Assembly: GCA_900617105.1 (NCBI GenBank)
Contig: UYFQ01000852.1
Location: 62,001-126,000 of the forward strand
From: Hydrurus foetidus
Taxonomy: Eukaryota
DNA: 64,000 nt
Reading direction: 5' to 3'
The notes under the pieces are model-generated. The model was not told the origin of the DNA. It did not search any database and saw nothing but the letters and a program-made list of their open reading frames with translations. Position 1 is the stretch's first letter; the number at the start of each line of letters is the position of its first letter. This document shows positions 46,441 through 56,757 of the stretch, one piece after another. Made by a program: the position numbers and the translations under genes.

Positions 46441-47832
46441 ATGACGCTGTTCCTCTACGACACCCCATCGCAAGAAGCGTGAGTTCACGCCGCGGGACCC
46501 GATCGGGTGACGATGTATGTCTGCGGGCCCACGGTCTATAATCACGCCCATATCGGCAACTTCCGGCCGGTGGTGGTGTTCGACGTGCTGTACCGGATGC
46601 TGCGCCACATCTATGGCGCGGACGCGGTGGTCTATGCCCGCAACGTCACCGACGTGGACGACAAGATCAACAAGAAGGCCTTCGACGAGGGCGTGCCGAT
46701 CAAGACGATCACCGATCGCTACTGGCCGCCTACCATGCCGATGCTGACGGCCTGCTGGAACCCTGCGCCCCGACCTCGAGCCCAAGGCCACCGAGCATAT
46801 CGAGCGAGATCGTCGCCCAGATCGAAAAGATGGTCGAAGCCGGCAAGGCCTATGCGGCCGAAGGCCACGTGCTGTTCGACACCCAGTCCTACCCCGACTA
46901 TGGCCAGCTGTCGGGGCGGAACCTCGACGACATGATCGCCGGGGCGCGGGTCGAGGTCGCGCCCTACAAGAAGAACCCGCCGACTTCGTGCTGTGGAAGC
47001 CGTCCAAGGAAAACGAGCCGTGTGGCCGACACCCTGGGGCGCGGGACGGCCGGGCTGGCACATCGAATGCTCGGCCATGATCGAGGCGGCGCTGGGCCAG
47101 CCATCGACATCCATGGCGGCGGCATCGATCTGGCCTTCCCGCACCATGAGAACGAGATCGCCCAGGGGTTGCGCCCACGGCCATGCCCAGACGACCGCGC
47201 CCGCCGAATACAGCCGCTACTGGATGCACAACGGCTTCCTGGATATGGACGCCGAGAAGATGTCCAAGAGCGGTCGGCAATGTCCTGCTGCTGCACGATC
47301 TGGTGCAGACGATCCGGGCGAGGTGGTCCGCTGGGCGCTTCTGTCGGCCCACTACCGTCAGCCGCTCGACTGGAACCATGCGCTGCTGGATCAGTCGCGG
47401 AAGAACCTGGACCGCCTGTATGGAGCCTTGCGCCGCGCAGAGGGGTGGAAGCACTGGGCGACAAGCCATCGCCCGAGTTTCTTGAGGCCATCTCGGACGA
47501 CCTGAACACGCCGGGCCATGGCGACCCTGTTCGCCCTGTCGAGCGAGATCGAGCGGGCCGTGACGGCCGGCGATCGAACGCCGTGGGGATCGCCAAGGCC
47601 AACCCGCTGGCCGCCGGGCGGATCATGGGGGTGCTGCTGTCCACGCCCGACCAGTGGTTCGAGGGCGGCGCAGACGATGCGCTGAGGGCCGAGGTCGAGG
47701 CCCTCCTAGGCGAAAGAGTCCGGGCGCGCGCCGCCAGGGACTGGCCCGCCGCCGACCGCATCCGCGACCGCCTGACCGAACTCAACGTCGTGGTGATGGA
47801 TCTGCCCACCGGCGCGACCTGGCGGTTGAACG
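46441..47832 (+). CDS. cysS: Cysteine--tRNA ligase
   Basis: [72 protein letters not shown]. Confidence 0.95.
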
Positions 47833-47886
47833 AATCATCGTCGTCCGTCCCCAGCCAGACGGCGGATCCTTTCCAAGGAGAAGATC

Positions 47887-49315
47887 ATGACTGACACCCT
47901 CGACCTTTCACACTGGATCAACGGCGAGGGGTCTCCTCCGAGCGTCCGGGCGAGAGCCTCAATCCTCCAACACCAACGAGATCGTGGCTCGCGTGCCCTG
48001 CGGCGCCGCGGCGAGGTGGACGCCGCCGTCGCGGCGGCGAAGGCGGCTTTCCCGCCTGGTCAGAGGCCTCGCCCGAGGTGCGCTCGGACATCCTCGACAG
48101 GGCGTCCAACATCCTGATGGACCGCCGCGAGCAAGTCGGCCGGCTTATGGCGCGCGAAGAGGGCAAGACGCTGCAGGAAAGCATCGGCGAGACCGCGCGG
48201 TCGGCACGCATCCTGAAGTATTTCGCGGGCGAGGCGCTGCGCGTCCATGGGCAGAACCTGATGTCGGTACGCCCCGGGGTGGAGATCCAGACCTATCGCC
48301 AGGCCGTCGGCGTGTTTGGCCTGATCACGCCGTGGAATTTTCCCGTCGCCATTCCTGCCTGGAAGATCGCGCCGGCGATCGCGTTCGGCAACACAGTCGT
48401 CATAAAGCCCGCCGGGTTCTCATCCGCGACGGCCGAGGCCCTGGTCGCCATTCTGCACGAGGCGGGACTGCCCAGGGGGTCGTCAATATGGTGATTGGAG
48501 AAGCGGAAGTCGGGCGGGCGATCGTGGCCCACAAGGACGTCGACGGTCTCAGCTTCACCGGATCTCAGGGTGTCGGCGCCAGCGTCGGCAAGGGTGCGAT
48601 GGAGCGCCAGGCGCGGGTGCAGCTGAGATGGGCGGGAAGAACCCTTGTCATCCTGGACGACGCGGGATCTGGAGCGCGCCGTCGCCATCGCCCCTCGATG
48701 GTTCGTTCTTCTCCACCGGTCAGCGCTGCACCGCCTCCAGCCGACTGATCGTGCAGGACGGCATCCACGATCGCTTCGTGCAGATGCTGGAGAGAAGGTC
48801 CGCGCGCTGAAGGTCGGCGACGCTCGATCCCGTCACCCAGATGGGTCCGGCCGTGTCCGAGAAGCAGATGGAGAACAGCTACAGATACATCGACACGCCC
48901 GTTCGGCCGGCGGCCGGATCGTCACCGGTGGAGAGCGACTGACCCTCGACAATCCCGGCTGGTACGTCCAACCGACCCCTGATCGCCGACACGACGACCT
49001 CGCAGATCAACAACGAGGAGGTCTTCGGCCCCGTCGCCCTCGACGATCCGGGTCAAGGACTACGAAGAGGCCCTCGAGCTAGCGAACGGGGTTGAGTTCG
49101 GCCTGTCGGCGGGCATCGCCACGACGTCGTTGAAATACGCCCGCGACTTCCAGCGCCGCGCCCAGGCCGGAATGAGTCATGGTCAACCTGCCCACCGCCG
49201 GCGTGGAATATCACGTGCCGTTCGGCGGATCCAAGAGTCCAGCTATGGCTTCGGGAACAGGGTTTCGCAGCGGTTGAGTTCTTTACCCAGCGAAACAGCC
49301 TACAGCTGGAGCTGA
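47887..49315 (+). CDS. NAD(P)-dependent aldehyde dehydrogenase
   Basis: ITPWNFPVAIP, SFTGSQGVG, EMGGKNP, GQRCTASSR, EEVFGP. Confidence 0.92.
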
Positions 49316-49444
49316 GCGCGTTGGCGCGCCCCTCCTCGGTGAGAAAAGCGCCTTGGCTTGCCCACTTCGCGTGGCGGTTACGAGCGAGTTCTCGCGCACC
49401 GGTTCATCTCTTCAACCAGCGCCCAACAGCGCCTAAGCGCATAC

Positions 49445-49463
49445 TGTATGCTTGACGCATACA
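49445..49463. promoter_or_regulatory. MarR-type operator (copy 5) upstream of the AhpD-like gene
   Basis: Perfect 7-5-7 palindrome TGTATGC-TTGAC-GCATACA. Confidence 0.72.
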
Positions 49464-49525
49464 TAAGGCGGTGCTACGGTTTTGTTCCAGCGACGGCAAC
49501 CGCCGCGTTCCAGTCCTGAGAGCTC

Positions 49526-50066
49526 ATGTCACGCATCGCCGTCACCGCACGCGAAGACGCCCCCGCTGCTGCCCAGCCCTGCTCGATGCGGTTGAGAAGC
49601 AACTGGGCATTGTACCGAACATGTTCCGCCTGATCGCCCTCAGCCCGCCGGTGCTGCAGGGGTTCCTGGCCGAGCGGCGCGCTGGGAAAGACTCTGAACG
49701 TCAAGACCCGGAGCGCATTGCCCTCGCCGTCGCCCAGATCAACGGCTGCGACTACTGCCTGTCGGCCCATACCTACATTGCCTGAACATGGCGAAGATCG
49801 ATGCCGATGAGATTGCCCTGAACCGTCGTGGTGCCTCGTCGGACCCGATGGCCAACGCCGCCGTGGCCTTCGCCGCTGAAGTGACCCGCTCGCGTGGACA
49901 TGTCTCGGACGCCGACCTCGCCGCCGTTCGTGCCGCTGGCTTCACCGATGCCCAGATCGTCGAGATTGTCGGCGTCGTCGTCGAGAACGTCTTCACCAAC
50001 TTCCTCAACAATGTTGCCGGGACCGAGATCGACTTCCCGGTCGTCCGCGCCGCCGACCTGGCGTGA
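49526..50066 (+). CDS. AhpD/carboxymuconolactone decarboxylase family peroxidase-like protein
   Basis: LGIVPNMFRLIALSP, ERIALAVAQINGCDYCLSAH, FTNFLNNVAGTEIDFP. Confidence 0.9.
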
Positions 50067-50161
50067 TCGGATCGCCCCCTCGGCGGCCAAGCGCCGCTGG
50101 CGGGGCGCTACGCCTGGGCAGGCTCAATCGCCGGACGTCGAGCCGAGGGTATGACCGTTGA

Positions 50162-50539
50162 TCAGGACGCCGTACTCGGCAGGGGCGCATCGCGAAGGTT
50201 GTCGACCAGGGTCCCATAGGCGGGATCGTCCTGGTGACGTCCGACAACCGACGTTCCAGATCCCGGAACGCGTCCAGGACGAGCGCCCCTCCTCAGTAAG
50301 ACAGGCCCTGGCAGGCCCGCCGCGCGTGGCGGTTACAAGCGGGTCTTCCAGCACCGGTTCATCTCATCCACCAGCGCCCAGCAGCGTTTGTAGCTCATCT
50401 GCAGAGCCCGTCCGGCTGCCGAGATGGAGCCGTCGCCGTGATGGCCTCCAGGACGGCGGCCTTGCTCCGGCCCCATGGCGCTGGTTTCCGCGCTCATGAC
50501 CTGGAGTCTCAGTTGGCTTGGACTGATCCGTGTCAGCAT
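50162..50539 (-). CDS. modE: ModE-family winged-helix regulator (short form)
   Basis: GSISAAGRALQMSYKRCWALVDEMN, RGG....LTEEG. Confidence 0.85.
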
Positions 50540-50571
50540 CTTCCGCCTCCTCTCGCATTCCCGTGATCCTG

Positions 50572-51805
50572 TTAGGCCCCGGTCGGGCGTGACTGGAAGA
50601 CGGTCGGCTGGAGAGGACCGGCTCTCGAGAGCTTCAGCCTCGGGATCCAGACCTCCACCCTTGCCCCGGCCTCCAGCGCTGTGGTGCGCCGGGAAGACGG
50701 CGCACCAGCGGTTGGCGGCCGCCATCACCGTGACGGGGAGAAGGTCTGGTCGCTCATCGGACGGACGCGGCGCACGCCATCAGGACCGTTATCGACGATG
50801 GCGCGCATATGATGTTCGCGCGCGGACCATTGGCGGAAGCGGGCCGTCGGGCAACAAGGCCCGTGTCCGGAGCCGCCGTTCCGCCCTGGGGCGGCGATCA
50901 GGGAGCCAGGAACAGCTCCGCACAGACCAGGGCAGGCGGGATTACCCGGCAGGCCAAACAGGGTCGGCCGTCGGCCAGATCGCGAACAGACAGGCTTGCC
51001 GGGACGCACGGCGACGCCTTCGACCGAAAACACCCGCCGGCCGATCGGATCACCGGCGACGCGATCATGATCGCCGACCGAGCGCCGCCGACGGTCACGC
51101 AGAAGATCGAACACTCCGGCATCCACGGCGGCCAGAATGGAGGCGTCATTGTCCCTCGCCCGGCCAAGAAGGGTTGGCGTCCGCCGCTGCGGCGCACGAA
51201 GGTCGCCAGGGCCGGGCGCGCGTCGTAGATCTGGTGCGGGCCGGCGGGTTCTCCGGGGGCGACGAGTTCGTCGCCGGTCAAGCATTGCGACGACTGGCCG
51301 GCGTCGGTAGGTCACTGTCGCTCGCCCCGCCGAGGCGGCGAGGCCAAGCGCCAGGGATTGAGCGCGTTCCCGGCTCGAGGAGGATCGCGCCGGCGCGGAA
51401 GTCGCATCCTGCGGACGCACTAAACGGGGCCGTCCGGCGCGGCGGCCAGAACGACCGTCTCGTCCCGACGTTTCGCCTCTTCCTGGATCACCACCCGGTC
51501 GGTCCCGGGCGGCAGGGCAGCACCGGTGAAGATGCGGGCGGCCTGGCCGATTGAACGGTCACGCCGGCGTCGTGATTCGCGGCGCTCTCGCCGACGATCT
51601 GGAGGCGCGCGCCCAGGCGGACGTCCACGCTTCTAACCGCCCAGCCGTCCATGGCGAGGCGTCGAACGGGGCTGATCGCGTCCGGCCGTGACCGGTTCCG
51701 CCAGCCAGCTGCCGTCCGCCTCCGCCAGGGCACGGCTTCCGCCGTCAGCGGGACGATCGCCGAGAGCATGGTCGCGCGGGCGTTCTCGACGGACGGCAGG
51801 CTCAT
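50572..51805 (-). CDS. moeA: Molybdopterin molybdotransferase
   Basis: [53 protein letters not shown]. Confidence 0.88.
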
Positions 51806-52296
51806 GCCCGCCTCCAGTCGCCGGAGGCCCCGCCGGACTTGGCCAGAAGGGCGATGTCGGTGACGATCATTTCGCGGTCGACCGCCTTGAGCATGTCGTA
51901 GAGGTAAGGAGGGCCACGGACGCCGCCGTCAGGGCCTCCATCTCGACACCGGTCAGGCCCTGGTCCGGGCCGTCGCCGTCGCCTCGAGACCCGATCCGTC
52001 CTCGGTCGGGCGGACAGCGACCTTGACCGAAGTCAGCATCAGGGTGACACATGGGGATCAGGTCGGAGGTTCGCTTCGCCGCCATGACGCCGGCGATCTC
52101 GGCCACGGCGCGCACATCGCCCTTGCGGCCGGTTCCGGACACGGCCAGCGCCAGGGTCTCGGGGCTCATGCGCACGAAGCCGGCGGCCACCGCCTCGCGT
52201 GCCGTCACGGCCTTTCCGAGACATCGACCATGCGGGCCCGGCCCTGGTCGTCGATGTGGGTGAGCCCTGTCGCGGCGGGCGCATTCGATCCGACAT
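51802..52296 (-). CDS. moaC: Cyclic pyranopterin monophosphate synthase
   Basis: [48 protein letters not shown]. Confidence 0.92.
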
Positions 52297-52854
52297 CGCT
52301 CCAGCAGCCGGGGCATGAGTTCGACCATGTTGCAGGGCTTGTGGCGGCTGTCGAGCTGCCAGCGGATCACCTTGTCCCAGCCGTCGCGCACCGCCCCGTT
52401 GGAGCCCGGCAGGCAGAACACGAAGACGCCGTCGATCAGGCCCGCCGTGGCCCGCGACTGCAGGGTCGACAGGCCGATGGTCTGATAGCTGACCTGATGG
52501 AAGATCACGGAAAAGCCGTCGATCCTTGTTGAACAGCGGCTCCAGCGCCTCGACCGTCACGTCGCGGCCGGTCAGGCCGGTGCCGCCGGTGGTGACGATG
52601 GCGTCGACCTGGCCGCCGGCGATCCAACGCCGGACACGGGTTCGGATGGCCTCGACACGTCGGGCACGATGTCGCGCAGAACCGGGTGGTGGCCGGCCTC
52701 GGCGATCCGGTCGGCCAGGATCCTGCCGGAGGTGTCGCTCTCCTCGTCCCTGGTGTCGGAGATGGTGAGGACGGCGATCCGCACCGGCGTGAACGGAAGT
52801 CGACCAGCCGACCACCGGGGCGGGTGGCTGCAGGTCGGGATGGGTGTCGGTCAT
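52292..52854 (-). CDS. moaB: Molybdenum cofactor biosynthesis protein B
   Basis: [48 protein letters not shown]. Confidence 0.92.
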
Positions 52855-53285
52855 GGGTCTCGGCCCAGCGCGGCGATCGGCGTGGTCCGGTCCCGGGTTC
52901 GATCCAGAGGCGCCGTCCGACCGTCCTCCCGCTTCCAGAACGGCGCGCGGTCTTGAAATGGTCCATGAGGAAGTCGGCGGCCTCGAAGGCGGGCGGCGGT
53001 GGCGGCGACGGCGACGAAGATCACCGGCTCGCCGACGTTGATCCTGCCCCAGCGGTGCACGGTCAGGGCGTCCTGATCTCGAAGCGCGGGCGTCGGCCTC
53101 GATCTCTCCATCACCCGTTCGGTGAAACCGGGTAGGCTTCAAGGGTCAGGGTGTCGACGGTCCGGTCGCCGGTTCGGCGCGGGTCAGGCCGGTGAAGGAG
53201 ACCACAGCCCCGGTGTCGAGGCGATCGCGGCTGAAGTCCTGCAACAGGGCGGCGGCGTCGAGCGGATCCTGGTGATGCGGATCAA
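52851..53285 (-). CDS. moaE: Molybdopterin synthase catalytic subunit
   Basis: LEAYPG, VHRWGRINVGEPVIFVAVA, MDHFKT.APFWKRE. Confidence 0.88.
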
Positions 53286-53289
53286 GGCG

Positions 53290-53541
53290 TCAGCCTCCGC
53301 CGACCGGAGAGCCGAGAGGCACCTCGTCCTCCGGGCCGATCGCCAGCCTGCCGCTGCGCAGGCTGAACGGGGTGAGGGTGGTGTTGAGGATCACCAGGGT
53401 GCTGCGATGATCGAGATGTTCGGCGAGACGGCCGTTGTCGCCCGCGGCCGCCGCCTTGATCCGCCGAGGGTCGCGCCGTCGAGCGTCGCCTGCTCCAGCC
53501 GGCGATGTCCCGAGGGTCCCGAACAGTTTCACGACCGCCAT
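53290..53541 (-). CDS. moaD: Molybdopterin synthase sulfur carrier
   Basis: About 83 aa; starts MAVVKLFG and ends DEV...PVGGG. Confidence 0.85.
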   Translation of the reverse strand: MAVVKLFGTLGTSPAGAGDARRRDPRRIKAAAAGDNGRLAEHLDHRSTLVILNTTLTPFSLRSGRLAIGPEDEVPLGSPVGGG

Positions 53542-53542
53542 C

Positions 53543-54571
53543 TCATCCTCCCGTCGTCGACATGGTGCGCAGCACCGCCGGCGCGGCCTCGGACGGTCGA
53601 TCCTGAAGTCGTGCCCCGGGCTTGAAGCCGATCGCGGTCGGATCGCCTGCGCAGCGGCGCGTCGTCGCGCCGGGCAGGACCTGGCGCAGGTCCGAGGCGT
53701 CGTCGCGGCCCAGGCAGGTGTGCAGGGTGCCGGTGCAGGTCAGGCGGACCCGGTTGCAGGCCTCGCAGAAATTGTGGCTGAGCGGGGTGATGAAGCCCAA
53801 GCGTCCACCCGTCTCCTCGACCTCCATATAGCGGGCCGGGCGCCGCTGGTGCGTCGCGTCGATGGTGTCAGGGTCCAGATCCGCCAGGTCCTCACGACCG
53901 TGGCGAGGGACAGGTACTGGTCGGTGCGGTCCTCGCCGATCTCGCCCAGCGGCATGGTCTCGATCAGGGTCATGTCGCAGCCCGCGCCATGGGCCCAGCG
54001 GATCAGGTCGGGGAGTTCGTCGGCGTTGTCGCCCTTCAGGGCGACGGTATTGATCTTGACGCTCAGTCCGCCGCGCGGGCCGCCGCCAATCCGTCCATCA
54101 CCACGTTCAGGTCGCCGCCGCGGGTGATGCGCCGGAACGTGTCAGGGTCGAGCGTGTCCAGCGAGACGTTGATGCGGCGCACGCCATGACCGGCGAGCGT
54201 CCGGCGTGAGCGAGCTGGGTCCCGTTGGTGGTGAGGGTGATCTCCGAGATCGCCGGCCCTGAGGCGACGGGACAGGGCGGCGACGAGATCCATCCCTCGC
54301 AGGACCAGGGTTCGCCGCCGGTCAGACGGAGCCGGCGGCAGCCGAGGTCGATGAAGGCGCCGCACATCCGCTCGAGCTCCTCCAGGCTGAGGAGGTCGGC
54401 CTTGGGCAGGAAGACCGGGTTCTCGGCCATGCAGTAGAGGCAGCGCAGGTCGCAGCGGTCAGTCACCGAGATCCGGACATAGTTGACCGTGCGGCCGAAC
54501 GGATCGACCAGCGAAGCTGGAGCGACGACGCCGGTCGGCATCGCTCTGTCAGATTGGTAGATGACCGTCAT
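53543..54571 (-). CDS. moaA: GTP 3',8-cyclase (radical SAM)
   Basis: [37 protein letters not shown], ends MSTTGG. Confidence 0.95.
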
Positions 54572-54589
54572 GTTCCGGCGACTATAACG
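54566..54589. promoter_or_regulatory. Putative ModE (Mo-box) operator between divergent moaA and modA
   Basis: 24-bp CGTCATGTT-CCGGCG-ACTATAACG versus consensus CGNTATATA-N6-TATATANCG. Confidence 0.5.
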
Positions 54590-54620
54590 GGTCTTCACTG
54601 AAGGGCGCGTTCTTCCTCTC

Positions 54621-55360
54621 ATGACCTGGACCTTCCCGAAGACGGTGCTGGCCGGCCTGGTCTCGTCGCCATCGCGGCCTGCACCCCTGCGCCATCCTCC
54701 GGATCAGGGCCACCGTGACCGTCTTTGCAGCGGCCTCCTGACCGACGCCCTGACCGAGATCGCCGCCGACTACGAACGCGCCGGAGGGACCCGTGTCCGG
54801 CTGTCGTTCACGCCAGCGGTGCGGTGGCGCGTCAGGTCCAGGCCGGCGCGCCGGCCGATGTGGTCATCCTGGCCGACCCGATCTGATGGACCGACTGGCC
54901 GCCGCGGGACGCCTGGGCCGGCAACGCTTCGACCTGCTCGCCAACGCCCTGGTGGTGATCGCCCGGTCGACGCCGCGGCGAGCCAGGACGTCTTCGAAGT
55001 CCTTCCGGCGGCGGACGTCTCGCCATCGGGGACCCGGAGCGTGCCCGCCGGCTTACGCCCGACCTGGCTGCAGGCCACGGGTCGTTGGGAGGCCGTCCGG
55101 GATCGACTTGTCTTGCGGCGGACGTGCGCGTGCGCGCTTTCGTCGCCCGACGAAGCGGCGCTGGGGATCGTCATCGCAGTGACGTCGTGGGGCAGGACGA
55201 GGTCAGGATCGTGCTGGAGCCCCTGCCTCCGGCAGCCCGCGATCGTCTACCCGGCGGCCGAGACGGCGGACGGCGGGACGGAGGGACGGCCTCTGGACTA
55301 TCACGCACGCCGCGGGCGGCGGCGGTCTTCCGTCGTCACGGCTTCGAGCCGGTCGCCTGA
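54621..55360 (+). CDS. modA: Molybdate ABC transporter substrate-binding protein
   Basis: TVFAAA.LTDAL, ARQVQAGAPADV, LLANALVVI, SVPAG.Y, IVYPAA. Confidence 0.8.
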
Positions 55361-56032
55361 ATGCTCGAGCCCCTCTCCGCCTTCGAGCTCGAGGCGCTCT
55401 GGCTGTCCTCGGTCGCCACGGCCTCCCCGGTCTGCCGCCACTTGGCCTGGCCCTGGCCCTGATCCTCGCACGGGCCGATTCCTCGGCCGCTGGATCATCG
55501 AGGCCGCCGTCAACATCCGCTCGTCCTGCCGCCGGTCGTCACGGGACTGATCCTGCTCAGCCTCTTCGGCGTCAGGGGCCGATCGGTCGGGCGCTCCACG
55601 AGACCTCGGCGTCTCTCTCGCCTTCCACTGACGGGCGGCGCTCGCCGCGACCATCATGGCGCTTCCGCTTGTGGTCCGGCTGTTGCGGCTGGCGATCGAG
55701 GGCGTGACCGGGCCTGGAGGACGCTGCGGCGGTTCTCGGTGCGCCGCCCTGGCGGTGTTCGCCCGCGTCACCCTGCCCGGCGGCTTCGGCCTCGTCGCGG
55801 CGGGGCTGCTGGGGTTCGCCCGCGCATTCGGTGAGTTCGGCGCCACGGTGACGTTCGCCGGCGCCATCCCCGGCGAGACCCAGACCTTGCTGCTGGCCAT
55901 CTATTCCGTGCTCCAGAGCGCGGGCGGCGACCAGTCGCGCTGCGCCTGTCCGTCGTGCCGTGCTGGTTTCCGTCGTGGCCGTCGTCGGTTCGGAGATGCA
56001 ACCGCCGAATCCTGCAGGCGAGGCGGGCATGA
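55361..56032 (+). CDS. modB: Molybdate ABC transporter permease
   Basis: PLVLPPVVTG, MALPLVVR, FARAFGEFGATVTFAGAIPGETQTL. Confidence 0.88.
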
Positions 56033-56658
56033 CCCTGTCCCGTCACGCCGCCGGGCGCCGGGCGACTTCGCCTTCGACATCGGTTCGACAGCTCCGCCGC
56101 GGTCGTGGGCCCTCGGCTGCGGCAAGACCACGTTTCTCCACGGTCTCGCAGGGCTTTCGGCGACAGCACGGCCCGCGTGTACGGATCGACGGAGACGTCC
56201 TCCCGACGACGCGGTGTTCCGTCGGCCGGCTCACCGGCGATCGATCGGCTATGTGTTTCAGGACGTCCGGCTGTTCCCGCACATGACCGTCGAGGAGAAC
56301 ATCGCCTTCGCCCGGCCCTACGGCGGAGATGAACTGACCGTCGGCCATGCGCTCGATCTCATGGACCTTCGGGGCTTCGAGCGCCGCCGACCCGCCAGCC
56401 TGTCGGGCGGGGAAGCGCGCCGCGTGGCCCTTGCCCGGCCTTTGCCGCGCGACCCAAACTGCTTCTGCTGGACGAGCCCTTCACCGGTCTCGACGTGCGG
56501 CGTCGCGAGCGGCTGGCTCTATCTCCTGCGTCTGCGGGAGGAGCGCCGCTGCCGATGATCATCGTTTCCCACGACCCCGGGACTTGGATCTGATCGCGGA
56601 GGATGTCGTCCACATCGCCGAGGGCGTCGAGATGACAGTCGCCGATAACCGGTGCTGA
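56029..56658 (+). CDS. modC: Molybdate ABC transporter ATPase
   Basis: G..GCGKTT, RSIGYVFQDVRLFPHMTV, LSGGEARRVALAR, LLLDEPF. Confidence 0.88.
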
Positions 56659-56757
56659 CGCGGTGCGGCGGTTGAGGACGTCCGCAGAGGGTCCGGTCTT
56701 TGACAGAGCCTGCTCGTGACTTCTACCGTGAACGCCTGCGGTCGGCTGTCCAGCGTT

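Noticed and set aside
45586..47469. 627-aa minus-strand ORF, and similar long ORFs such as 19738-21168 + and 50475-51554 +
   Set aside because: Mostly antisense or off-frame shadows of real genes (cysS, ADH, moeA) in high-GC DNA; Arg/Pro-rich with no coherent motifs
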